From: an uncultured bacterium
GTDB lineage: Bacteria; UBP7; UBA6624
Direction of reading: 5' to 3'
Assembly: GCA_964507645.1 (NCBI GenBank)
Contig: CAZDPU010000001.1
Span: 61,313-125,312 of the forward strand
Length of the DNA stretch: 64,000 nucleotides
The notes below the pieces were generated by a model, which did not search any database, was not told where the DNA came from, and saw nothing but the letters and a program-made list of their open reading frames with translations. Position 1 is the first letter of the stretch. Each line of letters starts with the position of its first letter. This document shows, one piece after another, positions 9,996 to 20,007 of the stretch. The position numbers and the translations under genes are program-made.

Positions 9996-11060
9996 ATGTT
10001 TAGTAAAGTTAAAAAAATAATCAAAGATTCGAATTTAGACTGCATTCTTATTTCAGACCCCGTTCACCTTTCGTGGTTTTCAGGATTTTTAGGATCAACT
10101 GGGATTTTGATCATCACTGAAGAAGGAGGTGTTTTAGGTGTTGATTTTAGATATCATGAAATAGCTCAAGAGTATAAAAAAGATTATCTTGATGTTTATT
10201 GCTGTTCAGAAAAGAATTTACTAAAAAGTACTTTTAAACATCTCTTTGGAAAAGATGAAAAGAGGATTGGATATCTATCTTCAAGAAATAGCGAAAAGCA
10301 AAAATTGTTATTGCAAAAAAATACAAATGGAAATCTAGTTGCCGTTGATGAAGCTGTTGATTTTGCAAGATCAACAAAAACAGAAGAGGAATTACGTGGA
10401 ATTGAAGAAAGTGCAAAATTGAATGCAGCTTTGTTTAATTACATAAAAACAATCATTCAGCCAGGATTTTCAGAAAGAGATTTAGCTTCTGAGATTATTA
10501 AATATGCAATAAAAAATGGTGCTGAAAAAATGGCTTTTGATCCGATAGTTGCATCTGGACCTTATTCATCTAGGCCTCATGCTTCTTTTACAGACAAGAT
10601 TCTTGAGGCTGGAGAGCCTTTGACTTTGGATTTGGGAGTTTGTTTGGATGGTTGGATGAGTGACATGACTAGAACATGGCTTGTTCCTGGTAAAAAACCA
10701 AAAAAAGAGTTTTTAGAGATCTTTGAAATTACGAATAATGCAAAAAAAGAAGCAGAAGGAAAGTTGAAAGAATCGGTTTCTGGACATGAGCTTGATGAAA
10801 GTGCAAGGAAGATTATTAGAGATTCTGGATATGGAGAATATTTTGGACATTCTTTAGGGCACGGAGTTGGGAGAGAGGTTCATGAATCTCCAGGATTGTT
10901 TCAAGGTTCAAAAAATATAATGATGAAAAATATGGTTGTTACTATAGAGCCAGGGATTTATATAAAAAACAAATACGGAGTAAGGATAGAAGATTCTTAC
11001 ATTGTTGGCAAAAATAAATCAAAAAATTTGGGTATAGGTGTTGTTTCTGATTTTTTCTAA
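9996..11060 (+). CDS. M24-family Xaa-Pro aminopeptidase/dipeptidase
   Basis: C-terminal pita-bread fold with metal ligands in DxxRT...HSLGHGVGREVHE...IEPGIY context (M24B PepP/YqhT-like). Confidence 0.8.
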   Translation: MFSKVKKIIKDSNLDCILISDPVHLSWFSGFLGSTGILIITEEGGVLGVDFRYHEIAQEYKKDYLDVYCCSEKNLLKSTFKHLFGKDEKRIGYLSSRNSEKQKLLLQKNTNGNLVAVDEAVDFARSTKTEEELRGIEESAKLNAALFNYIKTIIQPGFSERDLASEIIKYAIKNGAEKMAFDPIVASGPYSSRPHASFTDKILEAGEPLTLDLGVCLDGWMSDMTRTWLVPGKKPKKEFLEIFEITNNAKKEAEGKLKESVSGHELDESARKIIRDSGYGEYFGHSLGHGVGREVHESPGLFQGSKNIMMKNMVVTIEPGIYIKNKYGVRIEDSYIVGKNKSKNLGIGVVSDFF

Positions 11061-11076
11061 AATATAATAGATATTT

Positions 11077-11400
11077 ATGCTGGGGGGAATTCGAAAAAAG
11101 TTTATTATTGAGTACAGGAGGCTCTCAGAGCTTCAAGATTTTCAGTTTTCTGGTGTCATACATGAGGAGGATGGGAAGTTGCTCTTTAAACACAGGGATA
11201 TTTTTTCAAATATGTCAAAGAAAGAATTGGAGAAGAAGTCTCTTAAATCTTTAGATGATGTGGTTAGAAAAAAATTTGGTCCTTTAGTTAACAGGACCAC
11301 GGCAATTGCAAGTGTCGGATCTTTGGATGAGATTTTCAATCAGTATTTGGCAGTAGCTTTACTGAGAGAAAAGAAGAGCAGAATTTCAAACCGTAAGTGA
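11077..11400 (+). CDS. Hypothetical protein (107 aa, basic)
   Basis: Open frame with overlaps on both sides. No recognisable motifs. Coding status supported only by frame length and operon packing. Confidence 0.4.
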   Translation: MLGGIRKKFIIEYRRLSELQDFQFSGVIHEEDGKLLFKHRDIFSNMSKKELEKKSLKSLDDVVRKKFGPLVNRTTAIASVGSLDEIFNQYLAVALLREKKSRISNRK

Positions 11401-12767
11401 TTTTTGACAATCCTTCACCATGGAAAATAAAGGCAATAGAGCCTATTCCAAACCCGTCTCCAAAAGAAAGGCTGAAAGCTCTTTCTAATTCAGGTTACAA
11501 CCTTTTCAATATTTCCTCTTCGCTTGTGACGATAGATCTTTTGACCGATTCTGGAACAGGTGCAATGAGCCAAGGTCAATGGAGTGCTATTCTCTCTGGA
11601 GATGAGTCTTATGCAGGAAGCCAATCTTTTTATTCGCTGAAAAAAAGTGTTGAGGACCTGTTTGGATACAAGGTTGTTATTCCGACACACCAAGGAAGGG
11701 CTGCAGAGGATATATTGTTTTCAGCATTTGGAAACAAGGGGAAGGGGGTTGTTAGTAATCACCTTTTTGACACCACCACAGCCCATGCTTTGGAAGTTGG
11801 AATGAAGGTTTTTTCTTGTCTCGACAAAAAAGATAAAACTTTTGGCGGTAATTTTGACTTAGACCTGTTGGAAAAGCATCTCAAAGAAGAAGAGGTTGAG
11901 TTGATAGTTGCTACTGTTACCTGCAACAGTGCTGGAGGGCTTCCCGTAAGTTTAAAAAATCTCCATGCAGTAAAAAAAATTGCTGATTCTTATTCTGTAA
12001 AAATTTGGATTGACATGGCTCGTATTGCTGAAAATAGTTATTTCCAATATTTGAATGGAGAAGGAAAAAGCCCCAAAGCATGCGCACTTGAAACATGTTC
12101 CTTAAGTGATGGAGGATGGATGAGCTCAAAGAAGGATGGTCTTGTGAATATTGGAGGGTTCATTGCTCTTAAGGATAAAAAAAACAAAGAAAAATATGAA
12201 CGCTTAGTTGAATTAGAAATCTTGAAAGAGGGTTTTATCACCTATGGAGGATTGGCAGGAAGAGATATGAATGCTTTATCTGTGGGCTTGGGAGAAGCAC
12301 TTGATGAGAGGTATCTGAAACATAGGATCAATGAAATCAAGTTTCTTCACACTCAACTTGAAGAGGTTGGAGTTCCGTGTGTAGCCCCTGGAGGGCATGC
12401 AGTCTATATTAATGCTGGAAAATGGCTTCCTCATTTGAGAAGCGAAGACTTTCCAGCACAATCTCTTGCTTTAGCTCTTTATCTTGTGGCAGGCATAAGG
12501 ACATCTGAAATAGGAAGCTTATGTGCAGGTAGAGACAATGATGGCAAGCAAATATCTTGTCCTGGAGAGTACTTGCGATTAGCAATTCCTAGAAGAACTT
12601 ATACAAGTGACCATTTCATGTACATAAAAAGAGCTTTTGAAATTATTTCTAAAAACAAAGACTCTTTACCTAAGTTAAAATTTCAAAAGGAGGCAAAGAA
12701 GTTAAGACATTTTCAGTCAATCTTTGAAGATTTTTCATGGACACCGTCAAAGTATCTAAATTTATAA
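11397..12767 (+). CDS. tnaA: Tryptophanase / beta-eliminating lyase family (PLP-dependent)
   Basis: N-terminus aligns with tryptophanase (IEPIPNPSPKERLKALSNSGYN...DLLTDSGTGAMSQ). PLP-lysine motif SSKKDGLVNIGGF. Could equally be tyrosine phenol-lyase. Confidence 0.8.
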   Translation: MIFDNPSPWKIKAIEPIPNPSPKERLKALSNSGYNLFNISSSLVTIDLLTDSGTGAMSQGQWSAILSGDESYAGSQSFYSLKKSVEDLFGYKVVIPTHQGRAAEDILFSAFGNKGKGVVSNHLFDTTTAHALEVGMKVFSCLDKKDKTFGGNFDLDLLEKHLKEEEVELIVATVTCNSAGGLPVSLKNLHAVKKIADSYSVKIWIDMARIAENSYFQYLNGEGKSPKACALETCSLSDGGWMSSKKDGLVNIGGFIALKDKKNKEKYERLVELEILKEGFITYGGLAGRDMNALSVGLGEALDERYLKHRINEIKFLHTQLEEVGVPCVAPGGHAVYINAGKWLPHLRSEDFPAQSLALALYLVAGIRTSEIGSLCAGRDNDGKQISCPGEYLRLAIPRRTYTSDHFMYIKRAFEIISKNKDSLPKLKFQKEAKKLRHFQSIFEDFSWTPSKYLNL

Positions 12768-13207
12768 GCTGCAGTTCTTCAGAAGCTTTAACCCTGGCAA
12801 TGAATCCAGAGTTGATAGCTGAAGAAATGCCTGGAATCAAATCAGTTAATATTTTAAAGAAGGAAAAGATAGAAGGTTGTTCCGTACAGACTGTTTCATG
12901 GAAGGGGGTTCTTGAAGCAGGGCCAATAAAAAAAGACTTAAATTGGATTGAAGAGGATATCTGGAATCTGGATTCAAAAATTTGTGAATTTTCTCAGATA
13001 GAAGGTTCTTTTAAAATTTATAAAGGTTCTTGGATTTTTGAAGATTCTGGTAAGGGTTGTGAATCTTCTATGATTCTTGAATACGATGCTGGAGTCCCCT
13101 TGGTAGGCCCCCTTATAGACAAGCTGATTAAAAAGGTGGTTATTGAAAATTTAGAAGCTCTCTTGAACGCCCTTGCTCAAGTTGCTGAAAAAAATGAAAG
13201 AAACTGA
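12737..13207 (+). CDS. SRPBCC (START/Bet v1-like, polyketide cyclase-like) family protein
   Basis: ~155 aa; N-terminal beta-strand/helix pattern MDTVKVSKFISCSSSEAL typical of SRPBCC ligand-binding fold. Overlaps tnaA by 31 nt and thiL by 35 nt. Confidence 0.5.
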   Translation: MDTVKVSKFISCSSSEALTLAMNPELIAEEMPGIKSVNILKKEKIEGCSVQTVSWKGVLEAGPIKKDLNWIEEDIWNLDSKICEFSQIEGSFKIYKGSWIFEDSGKGCESSMILEYDAGVPLVGPLIDKLIKKVVIENLEALLNALAQVAEKNERN

Positions 13208-14090
13208 AGTAGTCAGGTTAATCAAAAAAAAATTTCCATTAACTGGAGATGATTCTTATTGGGAAAAAGGAGGAATTGCAATTTCTGTCGATTCCTCAAT
13301 ACAAGGAAGACATTTTCTTTTAGACAGAAAGAACTGGGTCGAAGAGGGTGTTTGGAATGCCGTTGCAGGCTCTATAACGGATGTAGCTGCCGTTGGTTCT
13401 AGGCCTGAAATGATATTGACATCTTTTTGTTTTCCTGATGGTATCAAGGATTCAATTATAAAAAGAGCTTTAGATTCCCTTGAGGAGGTTGCAGATTTTT
13501 TTTCACTAAAAGTTGTTGGGGGAGATTTATCAAGGACATCTAAAGATATTATTTTTTCCGTTACCGTGGTTGGATTCAGTGCTGTTGGTCCTGGTTTATC
13601 AGGTGCGAAAGAGGGGGACCTGATAGGCGTTACAGGATATCCTGGAAAAAGGCCGTTGGGGTGGTATCTTGCAATAAATAAAATTTCAGAAAGGGGTAAC
13701 CTTGTTGAAGAAGCTTTGAAGCCAAAACCAAATGTAAGCTTTCCATTAAAGATTGCAAAAATTGTTTCTTCAATGACAGACATAACTGATGGTCTAGGAT
13801 TTGATCTTATGAACATATGTAAGAATTCAAGTGTAAACCCAAATATTTTTAAAGAAATACCGTCTTCTTCTCTAATGAAAAAAGTATTTCTGGATTTGAA
13901 TCTAAGTAGTGAAAATTTCTACAAACAGGGTGGGGATTATGAATATCTTTTTACTTTTAACGAAAAGCATGAGAAGGAAATAAAGGACATTTCAATAAAA
14001 GAAAAATTGCCTTTTTCGGTTATTGGAAAAATTGAGAATGGAAATATTCCAGAATGGTATGGAAAAGGAAGTGAGATAATTTGGCCTTAG
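13173..14090 (+). CDS. thiL: Thiamine-monophosphate kinase (AIR synthase-related)
   Basis: PurM-like N-domain (DDSYW...GGIAISVDSSIQGRHF, VAGSITDVAAVGSRP) and C-domain (TDITDGLGFDL). Alternative start at Met8 (13194) possible. Confidence 0.8.
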   Translation: MLKLLKKMKETEVVRLIKKKFPLTGDDSYWEKGGIAISVDSSIQGRHFLLDRKNWVEEGVWNAVAGSITDVAAVGSRPEMILTSFCFPDGIKDSIIKRALDSLEEVADFFSLKVVGGDLSRTSKDIIFSVTVVGFSAVGPGLSGAKEGDLIGVTGYPGKRPLGWYLAINKISERGNLVEEALKPKPNVSFPLKIAKIVSSMTDITDGLGFDLMNICKNSSVNPNIFKEIPSSSLMKKVFLDLNLSSENFYKQGGDYEYLFTFNEKHEKEIKDISIKEKLPFSVIGKIENGNIPEWYGKGSEIIWP

Positions 14091-14488
14091 TTAGCAAAAG
14101 TGTTCAAGAAACTCATGATATAGCAAAGAGTATTTCAAAAAAATTCAAAAAAGGAGATATTGTTTTTTTAGAAGGTGAACTTGGTGCTGGAAAAACAGAA
14201 ATGGTCAAGGGCTTTGTTAAATCTTTAGGTGGAAAGTCAGAAGATGTGCAATCTCCCACTTATTTATCTGCTTTGAATTATTTAACAAAAAAAGGACCAG
14301 TAATCCATATTGATTTTTATAAGTATCAAAAAAATACGGATTTTTTTAAATCTTTTATTTCAGAATTTTTAGAAGAAGATCCGTATTTGATTTTTATTGA
14401 ATGGGGAAGAGGTTTGGGTGAAGGGTTTTTAAGGATAAGAATTGAGGAAGAAAACAAAAAAAGATACATTACCGTTTTTCAAAAATGA
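14081..14488 (+). CDS. tsaE: tRNA t6A37 biosynthesis ATPase TsaE (YjeE)
   Basis: P-loop FLEGELGAGKT; ~135 aa size; immediately followed by tsaB. Confidence 0.85.
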   Translation: MALVSKSVQETHDIAKSISKKFKKGDIVFLEGELGAGKTEMVKGFVKSLGGKSEDVQSPTYLSALNYLTKKGPVIHIDFYKYQKNTDFFKSFISEFLEEDPYLIFIEWGRGLGEGFLRIRIEEENKKRYITVFQK

Positions 14489-15105
14489 AGAAAAATAAAA
14501 CTTGGCTAATTTTAGATCCAACAGGACCCTTGTCAGGGTTTGCTGTAGCTGAAGGAAAATCTGTCGTTGGTTCGAAGGTTTTTAAGTCAAATTTTTTATT
14601 TGAGAACTTGTTAAAGATAAGGTCTTTTTTCGAAAAATTAAATAGGAGTATTGATGACCTGGAAGGAGTCATCCTTGTGAATGGACCAGGGTCCATAATG
14701 GGTCTAAGGATAGCATTCTCTTGGTTGAAAGGTTTTTTCTACAATAAAAAATTGAAGTTTAAAACCGTTTCTAGCCTGGATACTCTTTGGTTTTGTGCTG
14801 GAAAGGAACAGCCTTCCTGGACAATGATTAACTCGATTAGAGATGAGGTTTTTTTTTCATTTAATGGCTCTTCTCCAAGTGTGATAAAAAAATCTGAAAT
14901 TATTAAAAAGATTTTGAAAAATCCTGGTTTGTGTATTGGAGATTTTCCAAATGATGTTTTAAAAACAAAAGGAGTAAAGACTCTGCCTGTAAAACTTCCT
15001 CAATTTGAAGCTGTCTGGATGTTTTTTGACCTTATTGAAGAGAAAGATATTTTGAAAACAGAACCTTTAATACTGTATTCATTCCCTGGTGCAAATATAG
15101 AATAG
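14485..15105 (+). CDS. tsaB: tRNA t6A37 biosynthesis protein TsaB (YeaZ, inactive Kae1 paralog)
   Basis: ASKHA-fold N-terminus WLILDPTGPLSGFAVAEG. 4-nt overlap with tsaE (conserved tsaE-tsaB coupling). Confidence 0.75.
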   Translation: MKKNKTWLILDPTGPLSGFAVAEGKSVVGSKVFKSNFLFENLLKIRSFFEKLNRSIDDLEGVILVNGPGSIMGLRIAFSWLKGFFYNKKLKFKTVSSLDTLWFCAGKEQPSWTMINSIRDEVFFSFNGSSPSVIKKSEIIKKILKNPGLCIGDFPNDVLKTKGVKTLPVKLPQFEAVWMFFDLIEEKDILKTEPLILYSFPGANIE

Positions 15106-15110
15106 TAATT

Positions 15111-16259
15111 ATGGATAATCAGATTATTGATCGAATCAGGAACTTGGCATCAAAACTTGCAGAAAGTTTTTTGAAGCCCGGGTTGATTGAAGCTGATGAA
15201 AAGGAAATTTTCAGAAAAGAAATTTTTAAAAACTTAGCCTCAAAGGGGATGATGGGTTTAGGCTTTCCGCAGGAATTTGCCGGAATGGGTCTTCCCCCAT
15301 CTGCTTTCTTGACAGCTGTCCAAGAGTTTTCTTATTTCGATCCAGGCATGGCGGTAACAATATCAGTTCATTCTGGACTTTGTGGAGGGGTTATTTCAAG
15401 GCATGGTTCTGAAGAAATGAAAAAAGAATGGCTTCCCAAGATAGCTAAAGGAGATGTCATAGGGGCATACTCTCTAACCGAAAATCATGCAGGAAGCGAT
15501 CCTTCCTCAATGAAAACAACTGCAACATGGAAGGATGGGGGTTGGGTTATAGAGGGAGAAAAGGTTTGGATAACCTCAGGGTCTGTTGCTGATTTTAGTA
15601 TCTTGTATGCCAACACTGTGAAGGATGGCAGTAACTTAGGGATATCTGCATTTTTGGTCCCTCATGGTTCAAAGGGCTTTTCTTCAGAAAAAATAAATGG
15701 AAAATTAGGAATGAGAACAAGTGACTCTTCAATCATTGTTTTTGAGAATGTTTTTGTTTCCGAGTCTATGGTTATAGGGAAAATTGGAAAAGGTTTGTCT
15801 ATTGCATTAGAAGGTCTTGATTATGGGAGGCTTGGCATTTCTGCAGTTTCTTTAGGGATCCACAGAGCTTCTTTTGACTCAATGGTCAAGTACTCACAAG
15901 AAAGAGAGCAGTTTGGAAAACCAATTGCATCTTTTCAACTTATTCAAGAGATGATTGCGGATGTTGCAACAAACCTTGAAGCAGGGGATTTGCTTTTCAA
16001 GAAAGCAATAGAAAAATTAGAAAATGGAGAAAATTTTACGAAAGAAGCTGCAATAGCAAAGCTCTTTACAAGTGAGTCTGCAATAAAAGCAGCTGATAGA
16101 TGTGTCCAAGTTCATGGGGGTTATGGGTATTCAAATGAATTTCCAGCTGAAAGGTTTTATAGGGATTCAAGGGTTTTGACAATTTTTGAAGGAACTAGTG
16201 AAATTCATAAGTTGTTAATTGGAAGATTGTTAACCGGAATAGACGCTTTTAGAAATTAA
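15111..16259 (+). CDS. Acyl-CoA dehydrogenase (short/medium-chain type)
   Basis: 382 aa; ACAD signatures GAYSLTENHAGSDPSSMKTTA, WITSG, and C-terminal QVHGGYGYSNEFPAERFYRDSRVLTIFEGTSEI with catalytic Glu. Confidence 0.9.
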   Translation: MDNQIIDRIRNLASKLAESFLKPGLIEADEKEIFRKEIFKNLASKGMMGLGFPQEFAGMGLPPSAFLTAVQEFSYFDPGMAVTISVHSGLCGGVISRHGSEEMKKEWLPKIAKGDVIGAYSLTENHAGSDPSSMKTTATWKDGGWVIEGEKVWITSGSVADFSILYANTVKDGSNLGISAFLVPHGSKGFSSEKINGKLGMRTSDSSIIVFENVFVSESMVIGKIGKGLSIALEGLDYGRLGISAVSLGIHRASFDSMVKYSQEREQFGKPIASFQLIQEMIADVATNLEAGDLLFKKAIEKLENGENFTKEAAIAKLFTSESAIKAADRCVQVHGGYGYSNEFPAERFYRDSRVLTIFEGTSEIHKLLIGRLLTGIDAFRN

Positions 16260-16276
16260 GGATTAGAATTAGAGGA

Positions 16277-16639
16277 ATGGTAAAACCAATTGGTGCTTTG
16301 AATAAAAGAGCTAGACAAGCTCTTGGAAAAAGGGATTTAAATAGACAACATAGGTCTAAATTAAGATCTGCTTTAAGAAAGGCCCAAGAAGCTATAGATG
16401 CAAAATCAGATGATTCTTTTGAAGTTGTAAAGGAAGTTGTTTCTTTGGCTGCTCATTCAGCTTCTAAAGGTGTAATTCACAAAAATAAAGCTTCAAGAAT
16501 ATCTTCAAGGCTTATGAAAAAGTTAAATGTTGCTGGTTTGGCCAAGGCAACAAAGGCCAAGGCAACAAAGGCCAAGGCAACAAAGGCCAAGGCAACAAAG
16601 GCCAAGACAACAAAGGCCAAGACAACAAAGGCCAAATAG
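16277..16639 (+). CDS. rpsT: 30S ribosomal protein S20 with C-terminal Lys/Ala-rich repeat extension
   Basis: N-terminal 90 aa align to bS20 (KRARQALGKRDLNRQHRSKLRSALRKAQEAI...KGVIHKNKASR). C-terminal (A)KATK x7 tail encoded by 15-bp tandem repeats. Confidence 0.85.
   Translation: MVKPIGALNKRARQALGKRDLNRQHRSKLRSALRKAQEAIDAKSDDSFEVVKEVVSLAAHSASKGVIHKNKASRISSRLMKKLNVAGLAKATKAKATKAKATKAKATKAKTTKAKTTKAK
16540..16635 (+). repeat. 15-bp tandem repeat (~6.4 copies, ggccaaggcaacaaa / variant ggccaagacaacaaa) inside the 3' end of rpsT
   Basis: Read directly: gccaaggcaacaaag x4 then gccaagacaacaaag x2, in frame, encoding KATKA pentapeptide repeats. Confidence 0.9.
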
Positions 16640-16642
16640 GCT

Positions 16643-17929
16643 ATGCCCGACCTTTCAGAGGTTATATCTTTTTGTTCTAGAAAGGGGTTCATAAATCAAA
16701 GTAGTGAAATCTATGGAGGCTTGTCAGGATGTTATGACTATGGTCCAAATGGTTCTCAGCTTAAAAGAAGAATTGAAAACATATGGTGGAGTGAGAATGT
16801 TGAAAATAGCGATAATATAGTTGGTTTTGACTCTTCAATACTCATGAGAAATGAAGCATGGGAGGCAAGTGGTCATGTTTCCGGATTTCATGATCCAATG
16901 GTTGATTGCAGAAAATGTAAATCCAGATATAGAGCAGATCAAATTAACGTAAATGAAAGTTGTCCTGATTGCGGAGAAAAAGATTGGACTGATATTCGCC
17001 AATTCAACCTTATGCTTTCTACAAAGATTGGAGCAATGGAAGATTCTTCAAAAAAAGTTTATTTGAGACCTGAAACTGCACAGGGTATTTTTGTTAATGC
17101 TATAAATGTCGCTAGAAACTCAAGGCTAACTGTCCCTTTTGGAATAGCTCAAATTGGAAAATCTTTTAGAAATGAAATAACACCAAGGAATTTTCTTTTC
17201 AGGGTTAGAGAGTTTACACAAATGGAATTAGAATTTTTTTGCCATCCTGATGAGGCTTCTGATCTTTTTGAGGACTGGTGCTCTAAGAGAATGTCTTTTT
17301 ACAAGGATTCTTTAGGTATCGACAGTAATAATTTACATTTTAGAGATCACGAAAATGATGAACTAGCACATTATGCTGTTTCGTGCAGAGATATTGAATA
17401 TGATTTTCCATTTGGGGTAAAAGAACTTGAAGGCATTGCGAATAGGGGTGATTTTGATTTAAAGCAGCATATGAAATATAGTAAAAAAAATCTTACTTTG
17501 TCACACCCAGAAAAGGGGAAGTTTGTTCCAGCGGTTGTTGAGTCTTCAGCTGGTGTTGACAGGACGCTACTGGCTGTTATTTGTGATTCTCTTGACACAT
17601 CTGATCCAAGCCATGTCATCCTTAAGATAGATCCTCGTCTTGCAAATACACAGGTTGCCATTCTTCCTTTGGTTAAAAAGGATGGTATGCCAGAAAAAGC
17701 ATTTGAGATTGAAAAAAATCTTAAAAAATCTTATAGAAAAAAAGTGGAAATTTCAGGTTCGATAGGTAAAAGGTATTACAGAGAAGATGAAAATGGAACT
17801 CCGGTTTGTGTTACTGTTGATGGCGATACTGGCTCTGACAATTCTGTTACAGTTAGATACAGAGATACAGGAAAACAGGATAGGGTGAAAATAGACTCAT
17901 TGAATGAATTATTGTCGAGGGTGTTTTAA
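16643..17929 (+). CDS. glyQS: Glycine--tRNA ligase (alpha2 dimeric GlyQS type)
   Basis: Class II aaRS motifs (FRNEITPRNFLFRVREFTQMELEFF). Zn-finger-like insert CRKCKSRYRAD...CPDCG. Anticodon-binding C-terminal domain. Confidence 0.85.
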   Translation: MPDLSEVISFCSRKGFINQSSEIYGGLSGCYDYGPNGSQLKRRIENIWWSENVENSDNIVGFDSSILMRNEAWEASGHVSGFHDPMVDCRKCKSRYRADQINVNESCPDCGEKDWTDIRQFNLMLSTKIGAMEDSSKKVYLRPETAQGIFVNAINVARNSRLTVPFGIAQIGKSFRNEITPRNFLFRVREFTQMELEFFCHPDEASDLFEDWCSKRMSFYKDSLGIDSNNLHFRDHENDELAHYAVSCRDIEYDFPFGVKELEGIANRGDFDLKQHMKYSKKNLTLSHPEKGKFVPAVVESSAGVDRTLLAVICDSLDTSDPSHVILKIDPRLANTQVAILPLVKKDGMPEKAFEIEKNLKKSYRKKVEISGSIGKRYYREDENGTPVCVTVDGDTGSDNSVTVRYRDTGKQDRVKIDSLNELLSRVF

Positions 17930-17965
17930 AAGAAAGTAGAATGACAAGTTAGATTTTTTAAAATT

Positions 17966-17972
17966 AAAGGAG
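17966..17972 (+). promoter_or_regulatory. Shine-Dalgarno AAAGGAG for hppA
   Basis: AAAGGAG 7 nt upstream of ATG at 17980. Confidence 0.5.
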
Positions 17973-17979
17973 AAATTAA

Positions 17980-20007
17980 ATGGATATATTAAACAACATA
18001 CCCAATTATGCTTTGTATATTGGTGTTTTTGCAATTTGTTTTGCGCTAGCTCAAACAAAAAAAGTTAAAGCAGTAAAAGTTGACAACAAGAAGATGGAGG
18101 AAATTGCTGGCCATATAAGAGATGGTGCGATGATGTTCTTGAAGAGAGAATACAGTTTGCTTATTTGGTTTGTTCTGATTGTTGGAGCAAGTTTGGCATG
18201 GATATATAACGGTTTGAATGATGGGGATTGGAAGATTGTTATTCCCTTTGTATTCGGTGCATTTTGTTCTGCAATAGCTGGATATATGGGGATGAAGGTT
18301 GCAACTGACGCTAATTACAGAACAGCTTATTCTGCACAAAAAGGCCTAAACAATGCACTTTCAGTTGCTTTTGCTGGAGGCTCTGTTATGGGAATGTATG
18401 TTGTTGGTATAGCTTTGTTTGGAGTTGCAGTTCTTTATGGATGGCTTGAAGGAGTTTATTCAGGGAATTTGCAACAAGCTGTAAACATATTGATCGGTTT
18501 TTCTCTAGGGGCTTCTTCAATTGCCTTGTTTGCAAGGGTTGGAGGTGGAATTTATACAAAAGCTGCTGATGTGGGTGCTGATTTAGTTGGAAAGGTTGAA
18601 ATGGACATTCCAGAAGATGACCCTAGAAACCCTGCAACCATTGCTGATAATGTTGGAGACAATGTTGGTGATGTTGCTGGTATGGGCGCTGATCTTTTTG
18701 AGTCTTATGTAGGTGCAATTATAGGAGCAATGATTCTTGCATTTGGTATTCAGAATTACACCTTGGGTCACATAATGTTGCCATTAGCATTTGCTTCAAT
18801 TGGTATTATTTGTAGTGTTATTGGAACATTCATGGTCAAAACTGAAGAGGGGGGGAACCCTCAACATGCCTTGGACAAAGGTTCTATAACTGCTGGTATT
18901 TTGTTTGTTGCCTCTTCTTACTTCTTAACCCACAGTTGGATTCCAACAAATGATGGTCAGAATATATTCTGGACGGTTGTTGCTGGACTTGGTGTAGGTA
19001 TAGTTGTTGGAAAATTGACTGAATACTACACAAGTGACGAGACGAAACCAGCTCAAGGAATCGCAAAAGATTCTTTGACCGGAAGTGCGACAAATATAAT
19101 TTCAGGATTGTCTGTTGGGATGGTCAGTACGGCATATCCTGTAATTGCAATATGTGCAGGGATAGTAATAGCTAATTCATTGATGGGTTTATATGGAATT
19201 GCTATAGCTGCCGTTGGTATGCTTGCAACACTTGGAATACAGTTGGCTGTAGATGCTTATGGTCCAATAGCTGACAATGCTGGTGGAATAGCTGAAATGG
19301 CTGGTCTTCCAAAGGAAGTCAGAGAAAGGACTGACAAACTAGATGCTGTCGGAAACACTACTGCTGCTGTTGGAAAAGGTTTTGCTATAGGTTCTGCTGC
19401 ATTGACAAGTTTAGCATTGTTTGCTGGATTCATGGCTGCAGCAAAGTTGCAAGTTTTGAATGTTGCAAATCCACAAACATTGGCAGGAATGCTTTTAGGA
19501 GGAATGTTGCCATTTTTGTTTTCTTCAATGGCTATGACTGCCGTCGGTAAAGCAGCGTATGAAATGGTTGAAGAGGTAAGAAGGCAATTTAAAGAAATTC
19601 CAGGACTTCTTGAAGGAAAGGCTCAAGCTGATTATGCAAGATGTGTTGACATATCAACACAGGGGGCCTTAAGGCAGATGGTTATGCCAGGACTTCTTGC
19701 AATTTTCTCTCCGATCATTGTGGGAAAAATTGGAGGAGCTGAAATGTTAGGAGGCTTACTCGCTGGTTCATTGACGAGTGGTGTCATGATGGCTATATTT
19801 ATGGCAAATTCGGGTGGAGCCTGGGACAATGCTAAAAAATATATAGAAAAAGGTTCACATGGAGGAAAAGGTTCACAAGCTCATAAAGCCGCTGTTGTTG
19901 GGGACACTGTAGGAGATCCTTTCAAGGATACTGCAGGACCAAGTTTAAACATCTTGTTAAAACTAATGGCAGTCGTAAGTTTGGTAATAGCTCCTTTTAT
20001 TGGTTGA
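17980..20007 (+). CDS. hppA: Membrane-bound H+(or Na+)-translocating pyrophosphatase
   Basis: 675 aa, ~16 TM. Diagnostic [21 protein letters not shown] and [17 protein letters not shown] motifs. [10 protein letters not shown] (Ala variant associated with K+-dependent clade). Confidence 0.95.
   Translation: MDILNNIPNYALYIGVFAICFALAQTKKVKAVKVDNKKMEEIAGHIRDGAMMFLKREYSLLIWFVLIVGASLAWIYNGLNDGDWKIVIPFVFGAFCSAIAGYMGMKVATDANYRTAYSAQKGLNNALSVAFAGGSVMGMYVVGIALFGVAVLYGWLEGVYSGNLQQAVNILIGFSLGASSIALFARVGGGIYTKAADVGADLVGKVEMDIPEDDPRNPATIADNVGDNVGDVAGMGADLFESYVGAIIGAMILAFGIQNYTLGHIMLPLAFASIGIICSVIGTFMVKTEEGGNPQHALDKGSITAGILFVASSYFLTHSWIPTNDGQNIFWTVVAGLGVGIVVGKLTEYYTSDETKPAQGIAKDSLTGSATNIISGLSVGMVSTAYPVIAICAGIVIANSLMGLYGIAIAAVGMLATLGIQLAVDAYGPIADNAGGIAEMAGLPKEVRERTDKLDAVGNTTAAVGKGFAIGSAALTSLALFAGFMAAAKLQVLNVANPQTLAGMLLGGMLPFLFSSMAMTAVGKAAYEMVEEVRRQFKEIPGLLEGKAQADYARCVDISTQGALRQMVMPGLLAIFSPIIVGKIGGAEMLGGLLAGSLTSGVMMAIFMANSGGAWDNAKKYIEKGSHGGKGSQAHKAAVVGDTVGDPFKDTAGPSLNILLKLMAVVSLVIAPFIG

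Noticed and set aside
13256-13816. 186-aa antisense ORF inside thiL
   Set aside because: The sense-strand thiL has clear family motifs. The antisense ORF is low complexity with no motifs.
16540-16635. Short regular repeats considered as a possible CRISPR array or separate histone-like gene
   Set aside because: Repeats are contiguous with no spacers, only 15 bp, and lie in frame within rpsT. Not a CRISPR architecture.
16477-16692. Minus-strand ORF translating to LAFVVLAFVALAFV... hydrophobic repeat
   Set aside because: Antisense read-through of the rpsT 15-bp tandem repeat. Low-complexity artefact with no independent start context.
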